64,000 bases of DNA. It comes from Azolla caroliniana. Its lineage: Eukaryota; Plantae; Polypodiophyta. The DNA lies in NCBI GenBank assembly GCA_043228905.1, contig JBHGNT010000001.1, positions 20,584,001 to 20,648,000 on the forward strand, in the 5' to 3' direction. The position numbers and the translations under genes are program-made. This document shows positions 24,254 through 35,762 of this stretch, piece by piece. The notes beneath the pieces are model-generated. The model was not told where the DNA came from and made no database searches. It worked only from the letters and a program-made list of their open reading frames with translations. Each line of letters opens with the position of its first letter. Position 1 is the stretch's first letter.

Positions 24254-26189
24254 TTGTTGTAACCTCTTTCTTTGTGTTGACAAGGAGAAAGATGGTGATG
24301 GCAATTGTCAATGTGTATGTGTGTGTGTTTAGAAGTGTGAGGTTTTTCCTATCGACTAGCGGGGGTTTTACTCACATAGTTTGTTTCTTTTCTATTTATT
24401 TTCTCCTTCTTTGTCTATAGCCATGAATAAGGCGAAGGAGAACCTTTAGTTTTATTAGTAGCTTAGGGTTCACCATAAATGGTTCACCAAGAAGCAAGGG
24501 GGAGGGCTAAATGTGAAAGTGTTTTTAGAATTCAAGCCATTGGACACTAAAAGAATATAAGGTATGGAGGATTCACATTTGGAGGACAAGGACATGAACT
24601 AACATCTCGTGGATAAGTCCAAATAAAAGCAATAAAGATGGAGAAAAGTTAAAAAGAGAAAAAGCAGACCACCAAAACGCAGTCAGAAACAAATGCTCAT
24701 AACTCTCTCGTTTGACACCCAAATATCACGTGTAAATATGGGTTAGAAAGCTTATGACGAGAGTTATCCGTAGCTTTTTAAAACTCTAAATTTGGAGCAT
24801 GGATGAGGGAGATATGACGATTAGAAGATCGTTGTGTCATAGCTAAGAATAGGAGATGGAAAAGCTCTAAAAAAAGCGTGGAAAAGAAAGCAAGCGAAAC
24901 TTATCTACTAGAGGAGAACTTCATATAAAGCAAGAAGAGTGAAGTGGTGAGAAGGAGTCTTTTTCTTGTGGGGTTTTTCTTGCCTATTCATGTAGTGCGT
25001 TTTTTCTAGTGATCAATTCATCCTTGTAGGCTTGAGTTTATGTATCTTCTTTCTCTTGTTTCTATGATCATCACTCCTTATTAATATATCTTTGTAGATT
25101 TGGGTTTCTATATCTTCCTTCTCTCTATTTTCTATCATCATCTCTCTTTTCACTATGGTAACACAAAGGTGTTTTAAAAACCATGGGGGTGACAATTTAA
25201 TGTCTTTCCCTGATCTCTATATCGATTTTTTCATGGCGGCTCCCCGAGGCTCAACCATGTATGTTCGCGTCATGAGTAGTTTATACACGAAAAAAATGTT
25301 AACGATAAACTATGTTTCTTTGCCCACATATGTGGTTTTGACTCTTTAAGTCCTATTACGAGGACCCCGAGGTGCACTTAGACCTTAAGTCTAAACATGT
25401 GTTATAGTCATATGTATCAAGGATGTTATATGGTCTTGGTCATATTTGAACTCGAGACCTCAAGAACAAATACATTAAACACTTGAGCCAGCCAAGTAAG
25501 TTGCTCTTCTCGAATGCTTAATGTTTGATCCATATAAGAGATATGCGAGGCATTTGATCATATATGTTTTTTTTTTTTGTTTTTTAAAGAACATATATGT
25601 CAAGGGTCCTTATTTCGCCCTCATTTACCAAAACTATGTTGGTACGTTACCTAACCTCAAGTCTCGTAATTACGATGGCATACGCCAAAGTGCAACCTAA
25701 TGGTCAAGCCAAATGAGCCCTCGTTTCGTAGTGGGCCCACGTGGCCCATCACATGGTCACTTCATTACGAATGCCTCTCGTAAGAACGAGCTCATGGTGG
25801 CATCGTATCCATGTAACGAGAGAGGGATGTTGGATACGTGTGTCATTGGAGTGACCTCACTTGAAGTGGGTCAAGCCCTACGTACTCAACATCATTATGG
25901 CTATAGGCGTTTCTTTACGTAACGAAATCGAGGTCATCAACGGGGTTGTCAACAATCAAAAATTGTTGAAAAAGGGATGGTGACAACGTCATTCTCACAA
26001 AAGTGTGAGGACGGCCACCAACATCCTTTTCCCAACAAGGACAACCTTCGATATAATCACGTAATAACGAATATACACATATGTTTACTTATCACATATA
26101 TACGATCAAATACGTATATACGTGACCACATATGCCTATATTAAACATATTGTTATATTAAATAGCCACAAATGATGTGATCGAGATAC

Positions 26190-26440
26190 GTAATCGAGGT
26201 ATATACCTCTACGCACACGAAACATCCACAAATAAGAGATCATCGTAATACGCAATTGAGGTATTGACCTCTTACGCATACGAGACCAAACGCATATCCT
26301 TTACAACAAATCAAGGTATTAAACTCATACACAAACGTAACATATGTTCGTGAACGTAATACGTAATTGAGGTATTAACCTCGTACACATACGACACTCA
26401 TCACATATTATTTATATGTCAAACGAGGTATTGACCTCGG
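26190..26440. repeat. Five ~60-bp-spaced GAGGT-N4-5-ACCTC-type mini-hairpins in the chromovirus leader
   Basis: gaggtatatacctc, gaggtattgacctc, aaggtattaaactc, gaggtattaacctc, gaggtattgacctc. Confidence 0.7.
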
Positions 26441-27152
26441 GCACATATGTAAACATTTTAGATAATCAATTAAAGACCACTACAACATCATTGACTTAAT
26501 GAAAAAAAATGACATATAAACTAAACACATGATTAGATGGGAGAAGAGAGAATAGAAAAAAAAAATTACGGAAAGAGTTATCGAAGTTCTTTGTTGATCG
26601 TTGTCTGGATCAAGGCCGACCGCACATCGCTCAATCACCATCAATCAAAAGACAAAAGACAAACAAAGAAACATTAGTGCATAGCTCTGATACCAAACAT
26701 TAGAGATCTAGGTACTAAAGTAAGCTTAAGATAAGGATAAACTAATGATAGATAGAAAGGAGAAAGAGAAAGAAGGGTGCCGATCCACCCGACCACCCCC
26801 GAGCGAAGGGATCGAGATGAACTCGAGCCTCGATCGACGTCCCATACCACCGTCGTGGTGTCGAGTCGTACCTGGTGTTGGCGCGCTCGCTACAAGAGTT
26901 GACCCACCACAAGAGCAGAGTCTCGATGTAGTCAAAAGATCATCAAATGAGGGTAGTTAGGCCTCTTATTTATAGCGATACCCAAGGCCCCCAAGCAAGT
27001 TCACACTTGACCTAATGGGTTGTCTCAATCCCGAGGATTAAAAGTAATCCTCCCCTTCTTTACACTCTCGTTTAACCCTCACACTTATCCACGTGTGTAG
27101 AATACTACGGTAAATTCTCACCACGGGATATTAAATGTTCATGCCTGTAACA

Positions 27153-29326
27153 CTCGCCCACAGGCCATGCCTAAAAACGTAACCGGTTTTATCATTGCCA
27201 CATTCGAAGGCATCAAAGTAGACTAGGCGTATGCATTAAGAGCAGGCATCCAAGCAGTCGTAGATGGTAAGAAGGCCTAGTGCGGGTTAGCACACTGGCT
27301 AACCGAATTAGTACCCCCAACACACACCATCAAGCAGAAGAAATGGGCCCGACCAGAAACCATACCAAATAAAGCATCCAAACAGCAGCAACTCTTGTCA
27401 AAGCACAACCCCGGATGGATGGATGGGGAAGCGTCTCAGCTGGAAGAAACACAGACGACCCGGAGACAGGAGGCGGTGGAGCCCGCTTGGGAAAAAATGG
27501 CCAAAACAATTAAAATCAAGTTGTGCCGACAGGACAAGGACACAAACGACCTGGTCCGGAGGATGAACCCAGAAACCACGAAGGAAGAGGTGGAAGAAGA
27601 ACCAGCAGAAACCCTCCAGCGTCGGCCAAGAAAGCGCGACATAGAGCAACAGGGGAAAGGATCAGGTCCAAAGCTAGACTGCACCGCAACGACCTACTCA
27701 GTGGTGGTAGAACCCAGGATGGAGGAAAAGTTGGAAATAAGGCCAAAAGCGGTGACAACGGTTCAGTAGGAATCGGTTATAGAAAGACAGACCTCACTGG
27801 GCCTTCAAGAACAGCAACACTAGGAACGCCATCTAGAGCAGACATTGGAGCCCCTGACCCAATGGTTCAGAAAGGAGCACGAACCAAAACTGGAGCAAGT
27901 GCAGTTGTTCGCTGTCGACAATGGTTGAAATGGCTCGGAGAGCAGGTATCCAGTGTTGCCGATCAATTGGAGGAAGAACAATGGCAAGTTGGTAGTCAGG
28001 CAGAGCGGTTGCTAGCCACAACCGAAGAATTAGGTAAAGCTCGGGCACAGATCCGAAGCCTAGAAGAAGAATTAAAAAGGGCCAAAGAATGCGCGACCAT
28101 CATGGCTAACAGGGGCCAAACTAGAAGCGCAGTAATAGAGCCGGTGCCACCGGCTACTCTACAAAAGGAAGCTCTGGAAACAGAGGAACATTCAGTAGTG
28201 AGTACAACCCTAGAAAAAGTCGCGGAGCGAGAAAAGGAATTATTAACCTTAAGGGAAGAAATCCCCACTCAAGAAGCATGGCAAGAATGAGAGAGAGCGC
28301 AGAAACAGACATCCGAGGAAGAGAAGTAGAGACTAGAGGAAAATCTCCGGAAAAGTCATGCACATAACAACCGGTTGAAGGAGGAAAGAGAAACACTTTT
28401 GCAAGAAAAGGATAAGCTCCGGAGAATGGTGGAAACAAAAATAGAACGGTTAAACGAAGAAATCCGACAGCAAAAGGATCGGGAGGATTGGGCACTCTCT
28501 CAAATCAACCGGTGCCTGAAACAGAAAACGGAGGATTTCGAAAAGCTACACCAAGACCACAAGCAAGTAGACGTCGAACACAAGAAGCTTGGGTCGAAAT
28601 GTGACTGGAAGCAAGAGAAGATGAAAGAAATCTGGATGGAGCTGGCCAAGATCACGGAGGAGGAGCTGGCCAAGATCCGGATGAACATACTTAGGTGGTC
28701 GCTACGGCAAAAGCACTTGCAAAAGCGGCAAAAGAAAAAACGGAGCTAAACCAGAAGCACTATGAAGAAACGGAATGGGCAAAACTGGCTTTGGATAAGG
28801 TCCAAACCACTTACCTGACCCAACTGCTGAACTATGAAGTGCAGGTTCAGGATACCGTGGCCCTCTTTAAGAAAATGAAGGTCCACAAAAAGAAGGTTGC
28901 CGAGGACAGTGTAGAATGAATACGGATGATGGTCACGACATGGAAAGACCGGACAAAGGCAAACATCGTCGACTGCTCGATGATTGTGTGGATGCAATGG
29001 TCAAAGAAATCAACGGAATTACAAGTGATCCGCGCAAATGCGGAGAACCGGAAAAAAACTGGGGACAATTTCTACAAGAAGGACGAAGAAAGTATAGTCA
29101 CCATCCATAAGGAATTGTCTGAGAACTTCTTCTCCTTGGCCGAATCCCACCTTGAAGCTGTCCAGAGGATGATCAGCTCAGAACGCAACTACAATTCGAA
29201 TGATATGAATGGGGGTGACGGCCACTAGAAGCAGAAAAACGAGCGGCGGCAATAACTATCGGTGATGAGGAGCAAACTGCGGAACCGCAACCGTAGGAGG
29301 AGGAGTTGCCACTTGAAACACAGGGG
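27153..29326 (+). pseudogene. Degenerate homolog of the Gypsy extra ORF at 42242-45124
   Basis: ATFEGIKVD, QWLKWLGEQVSSVADQLE, LKQKTEDF, RANAENRKKTGDNFYKKDEESIV match collinearly; stops and frameshifts. Confidence 0.9.
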
Positions 29327-29767
29327 TGTCCGTTCCGGAAACTTCACCAATGGGCTAGTTAAGGGAATGATGTTATCCGATTCCAATCCGAGTATTTCCG
29401 GATATTCTCCAGATAGTTAAGACACAACTGATTAATGAAAACACGTGTAAGCTTACGAATGAAAGCGCCACGGCAAGTAGACAAGAGACACAATAGAATT
29501 AAATTAGAACGCTCAAACTTGTATTACTTCCGCTAAACAATTACATCAATTCTAGATCCTTTTATAGCCATCCGGTAGGAAATACAAAATGGCGCCTTAC
29601 CAGCTATCGACACTATTAATCAGTGAGGATCCGGATCGGTACAACTCTCTATATCCGTCCGTTCCTATAATATTTCCGAACTACTAATTATTCTTCGACA
29701 TATAATATTATTCCCCGACTTGTCCTTGTACATATTAACCTCTCCGGTCCATACTCCTAGGCCAACA
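29327..29767 (-). mobile_element. Solo LTR related to the 35339 LTR family, no TSD
   Basis: Reverse complement starts TGTTGGCC, contains GTTGTACCGATCCGGATCC and CCGGATGGCTATAAAAGGATC, ends CGGACA; flanks AGGGG vs CTTAC. Confidence 0.75.
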
Positions 29768-30790
29768 CTTACAAAGAAGGGACAATCGTTTGTTTGGTCT
29801 AAGGACGCGAGCATGGCTTTTGATGGTCTCAAGAAAGCATTTACATCGGCTTCTATTCTATCTCATGTTGATCCGCAAAAACCATTTATCATTGAAGTAG
29901 ACACGTTAGATTGCACCCTCAATAGTATTTTGTCACAGCAAGGCGATGATGAGAAGCTACATCCCATGGCTTTCCACTCGCGCAAATTTGACCCCGCTGA
30001 AATCAACTACGAGGTACTTGACAAGGAGCTATTAGCAATAGTGGAATCTGTCAAAGATTATGTGCGGAAGCGTCAGACAAACCGAGCTTGCCGGATAGCA
30101 ACAGAGAGAGAGAGAGAGATTAACACACAGAGTGTACGTGGGAGAGACAGAGAGAGAGCAGAACGTTTAAATCTATTACAAAACAATAATAGTTCTTTGT
30201 AATACTCTGTACATGAAACGTGCTCAACAACACTATTTATACAAGTCCTAAGAGGACTGACAGAAGTACCGCGTACTTCAATGCTCACTCGAGCGTCTGA
30301 CACTAACTACGAGACTATTAACTACCTAGTAGTCTAGGCTACTACTAGGCTTCCGATTACTGCTGGATCCGGCTAACTGGCTCCCCAGCTCACCGGCTCA
30401 CTGATCCGGCTTCATCCTTCCAGATGTTGATCCGGATCCGGTTGAGCTTGCCGCTCAATAGAATCTTTTGCACGATGGAGGCATTTTCTAGAAGGATCTC
30501 CTCATCAAGTCACTTTATTTAGTGATCACAAGAATCTTTCCTACTTCCATAATGCTCGTGTGTTAAATAGACGACAAGCTCAGTGGGGTCAGTTCCTCAC
30601 CATTTCGACTTCAAGATTACATATCGTCCGGGCAAGCAACAGGAAAGACAGATGCATTATCACGACGCTCGTATCTAGCGCCTCGTCGTAGTGATCCAAC
30701 CTTCGACAATCAAAAGCAAGTAATCTTGGGTTCATCATGACTTCAAGCAACGTGGGTTTTTGACACTCCATTGGATTCTCGCATTATCAA
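29768..30790 (+). pseudogene. Tcn1-like Gypsy RT-connection/RNase H fragment
   Basis: HPMAFHSRKFDPAEINYEVLDKELLAIVES|FARWRHFLEG..DHKNL..LNRRQAQW, read across the solo LTR. Confidence 0.8.
30049..30460 (-). mobile_element. Solo Copia LTR (412 bp), TSD GAATC
   Basis: TGTCAAAG...CTCAATA; GAATC on both sides; resembles LTR 34091-34494 (TGTGCGGAAGC, TATACAAGTCC, GGACTGACA). Confidence 0.88.
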
Positions 30791-31527
30791 TACAACATAA
30801 TGGATGCAAAGCTAGTCTTTTCGACACTTCTGACAAACTACAAGCTGTTCGGAAAACAAAGCCCGAAGACAAAGGCGGAGAAAGCGGAGATGACAAAGGT
30901 ACCATATGCCTCAACAATTGGAAGCCTAATGTACGCTCTGGTATGTACCCGACCAGACATCGGATATGCAGTCAGACTGGTCAGCCAGTTCATGAGCAAT
31001 CCAGGAAGATAGAACTGGGCCTCGGTCAAGTGGATCCTCCGGTACCTCAAAGGTACCTCGAACATGTGCCTCTGGTTCGGCTCCGGTAAACCCCGATTGG
31101 ATGACTTTATGGATTCAAACATGTTGGTTGATGTAGATACCAATCGGTCCACATGCGGATACATCATGACCTATGCAAGGGGAGCAGTATCATGGCAGTT
31201 AAGACTATAGAAATCAGTGGCATTGTCGACAACAGAGGCGGAATACATGGCGGTTGTTGAAGCCGGCAAGGAAGTATTCTGGATGAAGGACTTCATCGGA
31301 GAGTCAGGGATCCGACAGTAAGAATTCCGGCTCTATTGCGATAGTCAAAGCGCCATCCACCTTGCAAAGAATATGGCCTATCACTCCCAAACCAAGCACA
31401 TCCAGAGGAGATATCACTGGCTCTGGGAGAAGGTAGAAGGCAAAGGTTTTTCGTTGATGAAGATCTACACGGTGTCGCGGAAATACGACGAGGATACGTG
31501 AACGTTGAGGCAGGACCCTGGGGCCTC

Positions 31528-32106
31528 TGTATCAACCGTAACATTAATCCGCATTTGTTGGGAGACTTCTTCTTCTTTGCTCATCATTTGCTTCAATTTT
31601 TGCTCCTTTTGAAGCTCCTCTTCAGCCTCAACTTGCGCCTTTAAGTTCTCGAATGCCTCTTCCATCAAGACTTCTATGTCGAGTATTGTTGAACCTTCCC
31701 TCTTCGAGTTTTCTTCTTTAGGTGGTAGTTTGTAGTTGCTTCTTGTCCTCCTTTCACCATCCGTCATGGATTGTGTTGTTGCCGATAAGAATCTTGTCTT
31801 CCTCTTATCGTGCAGTTGGCATACTCTTTCCACTTTCGTCCAATCCTCGGTGAGGCCATTTGCACCATCATCATCCTCAAGTCGGATTCCAATGGCATTC
31901 CTTTCCTTCCGATCGATTGACTTCACAAACATTAGGACTTTTTCCACCCCCACCAATCTTTGATCCCGCTCTGAGAGTTGTGCAAAGCGACACTCGAACT
32001 CAACGAAAGTATGCATGGCACTTTGGTGGGTCTTTAATGATGATACCCATTGATTGAACTTGTATAGGTTGCATCTCTTCGGTTCTTTGTATCTATATGC
32101 CTCCAT
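31528..32106 (-). pseudogene. Gag fragment of the Phygy-like element
   Basis: FECRFAQLSE..KVLMFVKSID..GLTEDWTKVE, directly after the PBS. Confidence 0.7.
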
Positions 32107-32879
32107 GAGATATCCTCCTACCGCCTCGTTTCACGTCGGGTTCACCAAAGATGTCGCGGAAATACGATGAGGATACGTGAACGTTGAGGCAGGACCCCGG
32201 GGCCTCCGACCGGAAGATATTCACATTCGTGCGTTTATATTAAACAATTAATACAAAATGATAAAGATTCACAAATTTCATTAATAAAGGGAAAGAAAGA
32301 TTACAATCAATCTCAAGATTGAGATTACAAAAGTTTTATCTTAAGGAGATTGCTAGAATAATAAATTAGAAGAAACTAAGATATGGATTCCATAGAGATT
32401 TAGGGTTCTTGGCTTTGATAAGAGATTATGGTTATATGAGTATTATGGCTTCCGTAGGGAAGATTAGCATTTTTGAGTGTTATGGCTTCCGTAGGGAAGA
32501 TTAGGAATTTTGGATTCCGTAAGGAAATTAGGGTTTATGAGAGATATTACTTCCTTAAGATAAGGGAGTTGAGAAGGAAAAGAAAAAGAAATATATCATA
32601 TGGAGAGAGCTTATCTGCAAGAAAAAAAATGGAATATATATATGGAGTTCCCCATTGATAATATGCCTCCACTTTTTGTTGCATGGCCTCTACTTTTAGT
32701 TGCATAGCTTTTCTTTTCGTTGAATCTATTTTTAGTTGCATGGCTTTTTCTTTAGTTGCATGCGACCGTCCACTTGACCTTTACTTTAGTCTCTTTTACC
32801 TTTCTTTAAATAACCACATGATCCTTTTATCCGTTCGATTTGCATCCAACCTCGTACGGTCATCGGTTCCGCCCGATCG

Positions 32880-33285
32880 CCGAATCCCTCGCCGGCCGGT
32901 TCCGGTTTTGCTTGTCGGCCGGTTCCGATTTTGCTTACCGACCGGTTTCCAGTTTGCATACCGGTTCCGATTTTGCTTACCAGCCGGTTTCCGGTTTGCA
33001 TACTGGTTCCGGTTCCAGTTTTGCTTACCGGCCGGTTCCGGTTTTGCTTGTCAGCCAGTTCCGGTTCCGGTTCCAGTTTTGCTTACCGACCGATTTCCGG
33101 TTTGCATACCGGTTCCGGTTCTGGTTTTGCTTACCAACCGGTTCCGGTTTGCATACCGGTTCCGGTTCCGGTTTTGCTTACCAGTTCCGGTTCCGGTTTT
33201 GCTTACCGGTCGGTTCCGGGTTTGCTTGCCGATCAATTCCGGTTTGCTTGCCGGTTCCGGTTTTGCATACCGGCCGGTTTCCGAA
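32880..33285. repeat. Degenerate CCGGTT-rich tandem repeat inside the LTR
   Basis: Repeated CCGGTTCCGGTTTTGCTTA / TTGCATACCGG units. Confidence 0.9.
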
Positions 33286-33928
33286 TTTAGGGAATTTGGC
33301 CACCATCATCCATCAAGACAAAGTGGCCAAAGTGCTCTTAGAACAAATGAAAAATGAAGGAGCTCAAGGTGCTTATATAGCTAGGGCCTTAAGTTTCCTA
33401 TCTATGTGGGATAGTTCTAATTTCTCTATCTTCTCAAACTTTATTTTCACATAACTTGATATGTATTTGTCCATTTTGTATATAGTAAAATACATTTTGA
33501 AGCTCTTGAGTATATCCATCTTTCTATAGTAAGCTACTAATCTAATCTATAATAATTATTCATTATTTTTTTACATAGTGTGTGAAGATTCACAGGACAA
33601 CGGAAGAGAACGGATCAGACATGTTGAACAAGGTATTGTCAGCTAACAAGCTTGACACATGTCGGAGACGAATTGGTTTGACGAGACATCCCATGTCGGA
33701 GTGAAGCGGTATTTTGTTGGGAAATTGGTCCCTCCAGATGAGAACCAAACAAGCCGGATCAAACAAGTCGAAGGAAGGAACCAAACCGGATGGATCAGGA
33801 AGGGGTATTTGATCGGACGTATTAGTAAATATGTTCCGATGTGACTATTGAGGCCATATTTGTAAATAACCCCCAAAGTTATATAAGTATAAATATAACT
33901 TGGGCAACAATGTTGTTGTTGTTGTTGC

Positions 33929-33968
<40 letters not shown>

Positions 33969-34488
33969 GATACAAAACTTGTATTTGTTGTAATCGCGGT
34001 TGGCGAAGGTAGAGCTCCAGGTTGTTGCCTCGGAGTTTTCTATTGTACCCTTCCTCTTTCTAATGGTATAGTTTGGAGTTTCTGGGCTCCTGTAAAAGAA
34101 TATTGTGCGGAAGCAAGTAGGAAACCGAACACCGAGAATATGCAGGTTTAATGGAGAGCTTGAAAATACACAATATGCATGAGAGACAGAGAGAGAAAAT
34201 ACACAGAAACTCAATTAAAAAATAATACTCAATCTGTACATACATCGTGCTCAGTGAGCACCTTTTATACAAGTCCATACGGACTGACAAAAGTACTAAC
34301 ACCTACTTCAATGCTCATAAGTGAGCTCTACAATAACTCCCAAAATGTATTCCTACGCGGAATATCTTACTAACGGCCTCGCGGTTTACGCACCGCTACG
34401 GCTTCGCACAGGTCTGCCTAACGGATGGATCCCAACCGATCTAGTTCTCGGCTTGCACAGCCGATCCGGCCAATGTTGAGCTTGTATC

Positions 34489-35076
34489 TCAACACTCCCC
34501 CTCAAGCTCAACTTGAGGTTCCATCCGCTCTTCCGGATATGCACTCCGGTTCCTTCTGGCTTCACGCCTCGCTCGCGCTCCTCGACCCATTCGATTTTGC
34601 GCGCCTCGACCCTTCCAGTCGGCTTGCCTGCTCACATGGCCTTTATAAACTTCCTTGTTGTTGCGGTGTTGGCACCTCTTGTGCTGCCTTCTCTTCCGCT
34701 TGGCCCTTGGTTGATTCAACGTATCTGAATCAAACATCCGAACCAACTCGGCCTCCTCCGATCGGTTTTCGCTCTCGTCCGAGTTGGTTGTCTCCAACTC
34801 GTCTTTAGTCTTCTCGTCCTTGATGGCTTTGTCTCCCCCACGCTTGGTTGGCTTCGGCTTTTTCTTTCGACTGCTCCCCTTATGTCCGCTTTCGGAAACT
34901 TCCACGGGTCTGCCTTCGGCTTCTTTAGCTGATCCGAAATCAAATTCGCCATCCGACTCGGCGTCGCGATCTTCCGGAACTTCTCTCCCCCTTCCGTGGT
35001 CATTCAGGACGTCTCTCCCCCTCAAGTTCGGCATGTCGAGGTGGCGCAACCCAAGCGCACTCAAGAATTGCCGCAA
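34489..35076 (-). CDS. RNase H end plus ~170-aa charged C-terminal extension lying between two PPT copies
   Basis: ...LDMPNLRGR continues open through KKKPKPTKR; CTCCCCCTCAAG at 35015-35026 and 34495-34506. Confidence 0.6.
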   Translation of the reverse strand: MRQFLSALGLRHLDMPNLRGRDVLNDHGRGREVPEDRDAESDGEFDFGSAKEAEGRPVEVSESGHKGSSRKKKPKPTKRGGDKAIKDEKTKDELETTNSDESENRSEEAELVRMFDSDTLNQPRAKRKRRQHKRCQHRNNKEVYKGHVSRQADWKGRGAQNRMGRGARARREARRNRSAYPEERMEPQVELEGEC

Positions 35077-35762
35077 CTTGTCCAGACCAAGAGGCTTGGT
35101 GAAGATGTCGGCGGTCTGCCGATCCGTCGGAACATACTAAAGTTCAACTTCACCGGGAGAGTATGCGCTCGCGAACAAAATGGTAGTGCACCTCAATGTG
35201 CTTAGTCTGGGCATGGAAAACGGGGTTCTTTGTGAGCTGGATACTGTTGAGGTTGTCGTAGTAGATTGTCGTTGGATCGGATACCTCCACCTGCAGATCC
35301 TTAAGTAGCCGCTTCAACCAAAGGGCTTCGCATGTCGCTGTTGGCCGGTCAGAGAAGGCAAATGGGAAAGCAAGGTCGGATCGGATAAATATAGAAATAG
35401 GAATAGAATTATTAGGAGGGACGGATCCGGTAGTTGTAACCGATCCGGATCCGAACCGATTCGGTTTCGGTTAACGGTTGCCTACCGAGCACCGATTGTA
35501 ATCTGGCCGGATGCCTATAAAAAGGATCCGATGTTTTGTAATGAAAGCACGAAGAATTAATATAGTTTTGCTTATGCTGATTCATCTTGTCTTCGTCTGT
35601 GCTTAAGTGTAATTATCATACGCGTGTATTAACATCCTATCCCTACCACCCCTTTGGAGAAGTGTCGGATAGACACCTGTGTTGCGGCTAGTCCAGCCAT
35701 ACATACAACACTATTTTGGCGACCACGATTCCTGCAGAGTGCAGAGGACAACCGGGGGATGG

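Larger units (their letters stand above)
19172..25152 (+). mobile_element. Tandem non-autonomous Gypsy (TR-GAG-like): LTR-ORF-LTR-ORF-LTR, 2670-bp period, TSD CTATG
   Basis: 641-bp LTRs at 19172-19812, 21842-22482, 24512-25152; PBS TGGCGCTCCAGG (tRNA-Arg-like); PPT GAAGCAAGGGGGAGGG; CTATG on both outer flanks. Confidence 0.95.
12023..27152 (-). mobile_element. Internally deleted chromovirus (Tekay/Reina-like): 5' LTR ~26698-27152, PBS-Met, long leader, gag-PR start, INT end plus chromodomain, PPT, 3' LTR stub 12023-12084; hosts two insertions
   Basis: PBS TGGTATCAGAGC (26684-26695); 12023-12084 matches 27091-27152 (~6 mismatches); chromodomain KWMDKSIKD|ATWE split by the Copia insertion; PPT AAAGAAGGAGAGTA. 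Confidence 0.85.
31473..33599 (-). mobile_element. Deleted Phygy-like element: 1.45-kb 5' LTR (32152-33599), tRNA-Trp PBS, gag fragment, last 55 bp of 3' LTR; 4-bp TSD ACGG
   Basis: PBS TGGTGAACCCGACGTGAA; LTR ends CCGCGACA; 31473-31527 copies 32152-32206; ACGG flanks both ends and restores the host Copia frame. Confidence 0.88.
30790..34090 (+). mobile_element. Copia fragment (same family as A/B): RT end/RNase H and 3' LTR from 33715, interrupted by two insertions
   Basis: VPYASTIGSLMYAL; KIYT|EENGSDML joined across the insertion; degraded PPT then TGTTGG at 33715; (AC)n ~33932-33966. Confidence 0.85.

Noticed and set aside
32683-33454. 224- and 204-aa ORFs
   Set aside because: Translations of the CCGGTT tandem repeat inside an LTR
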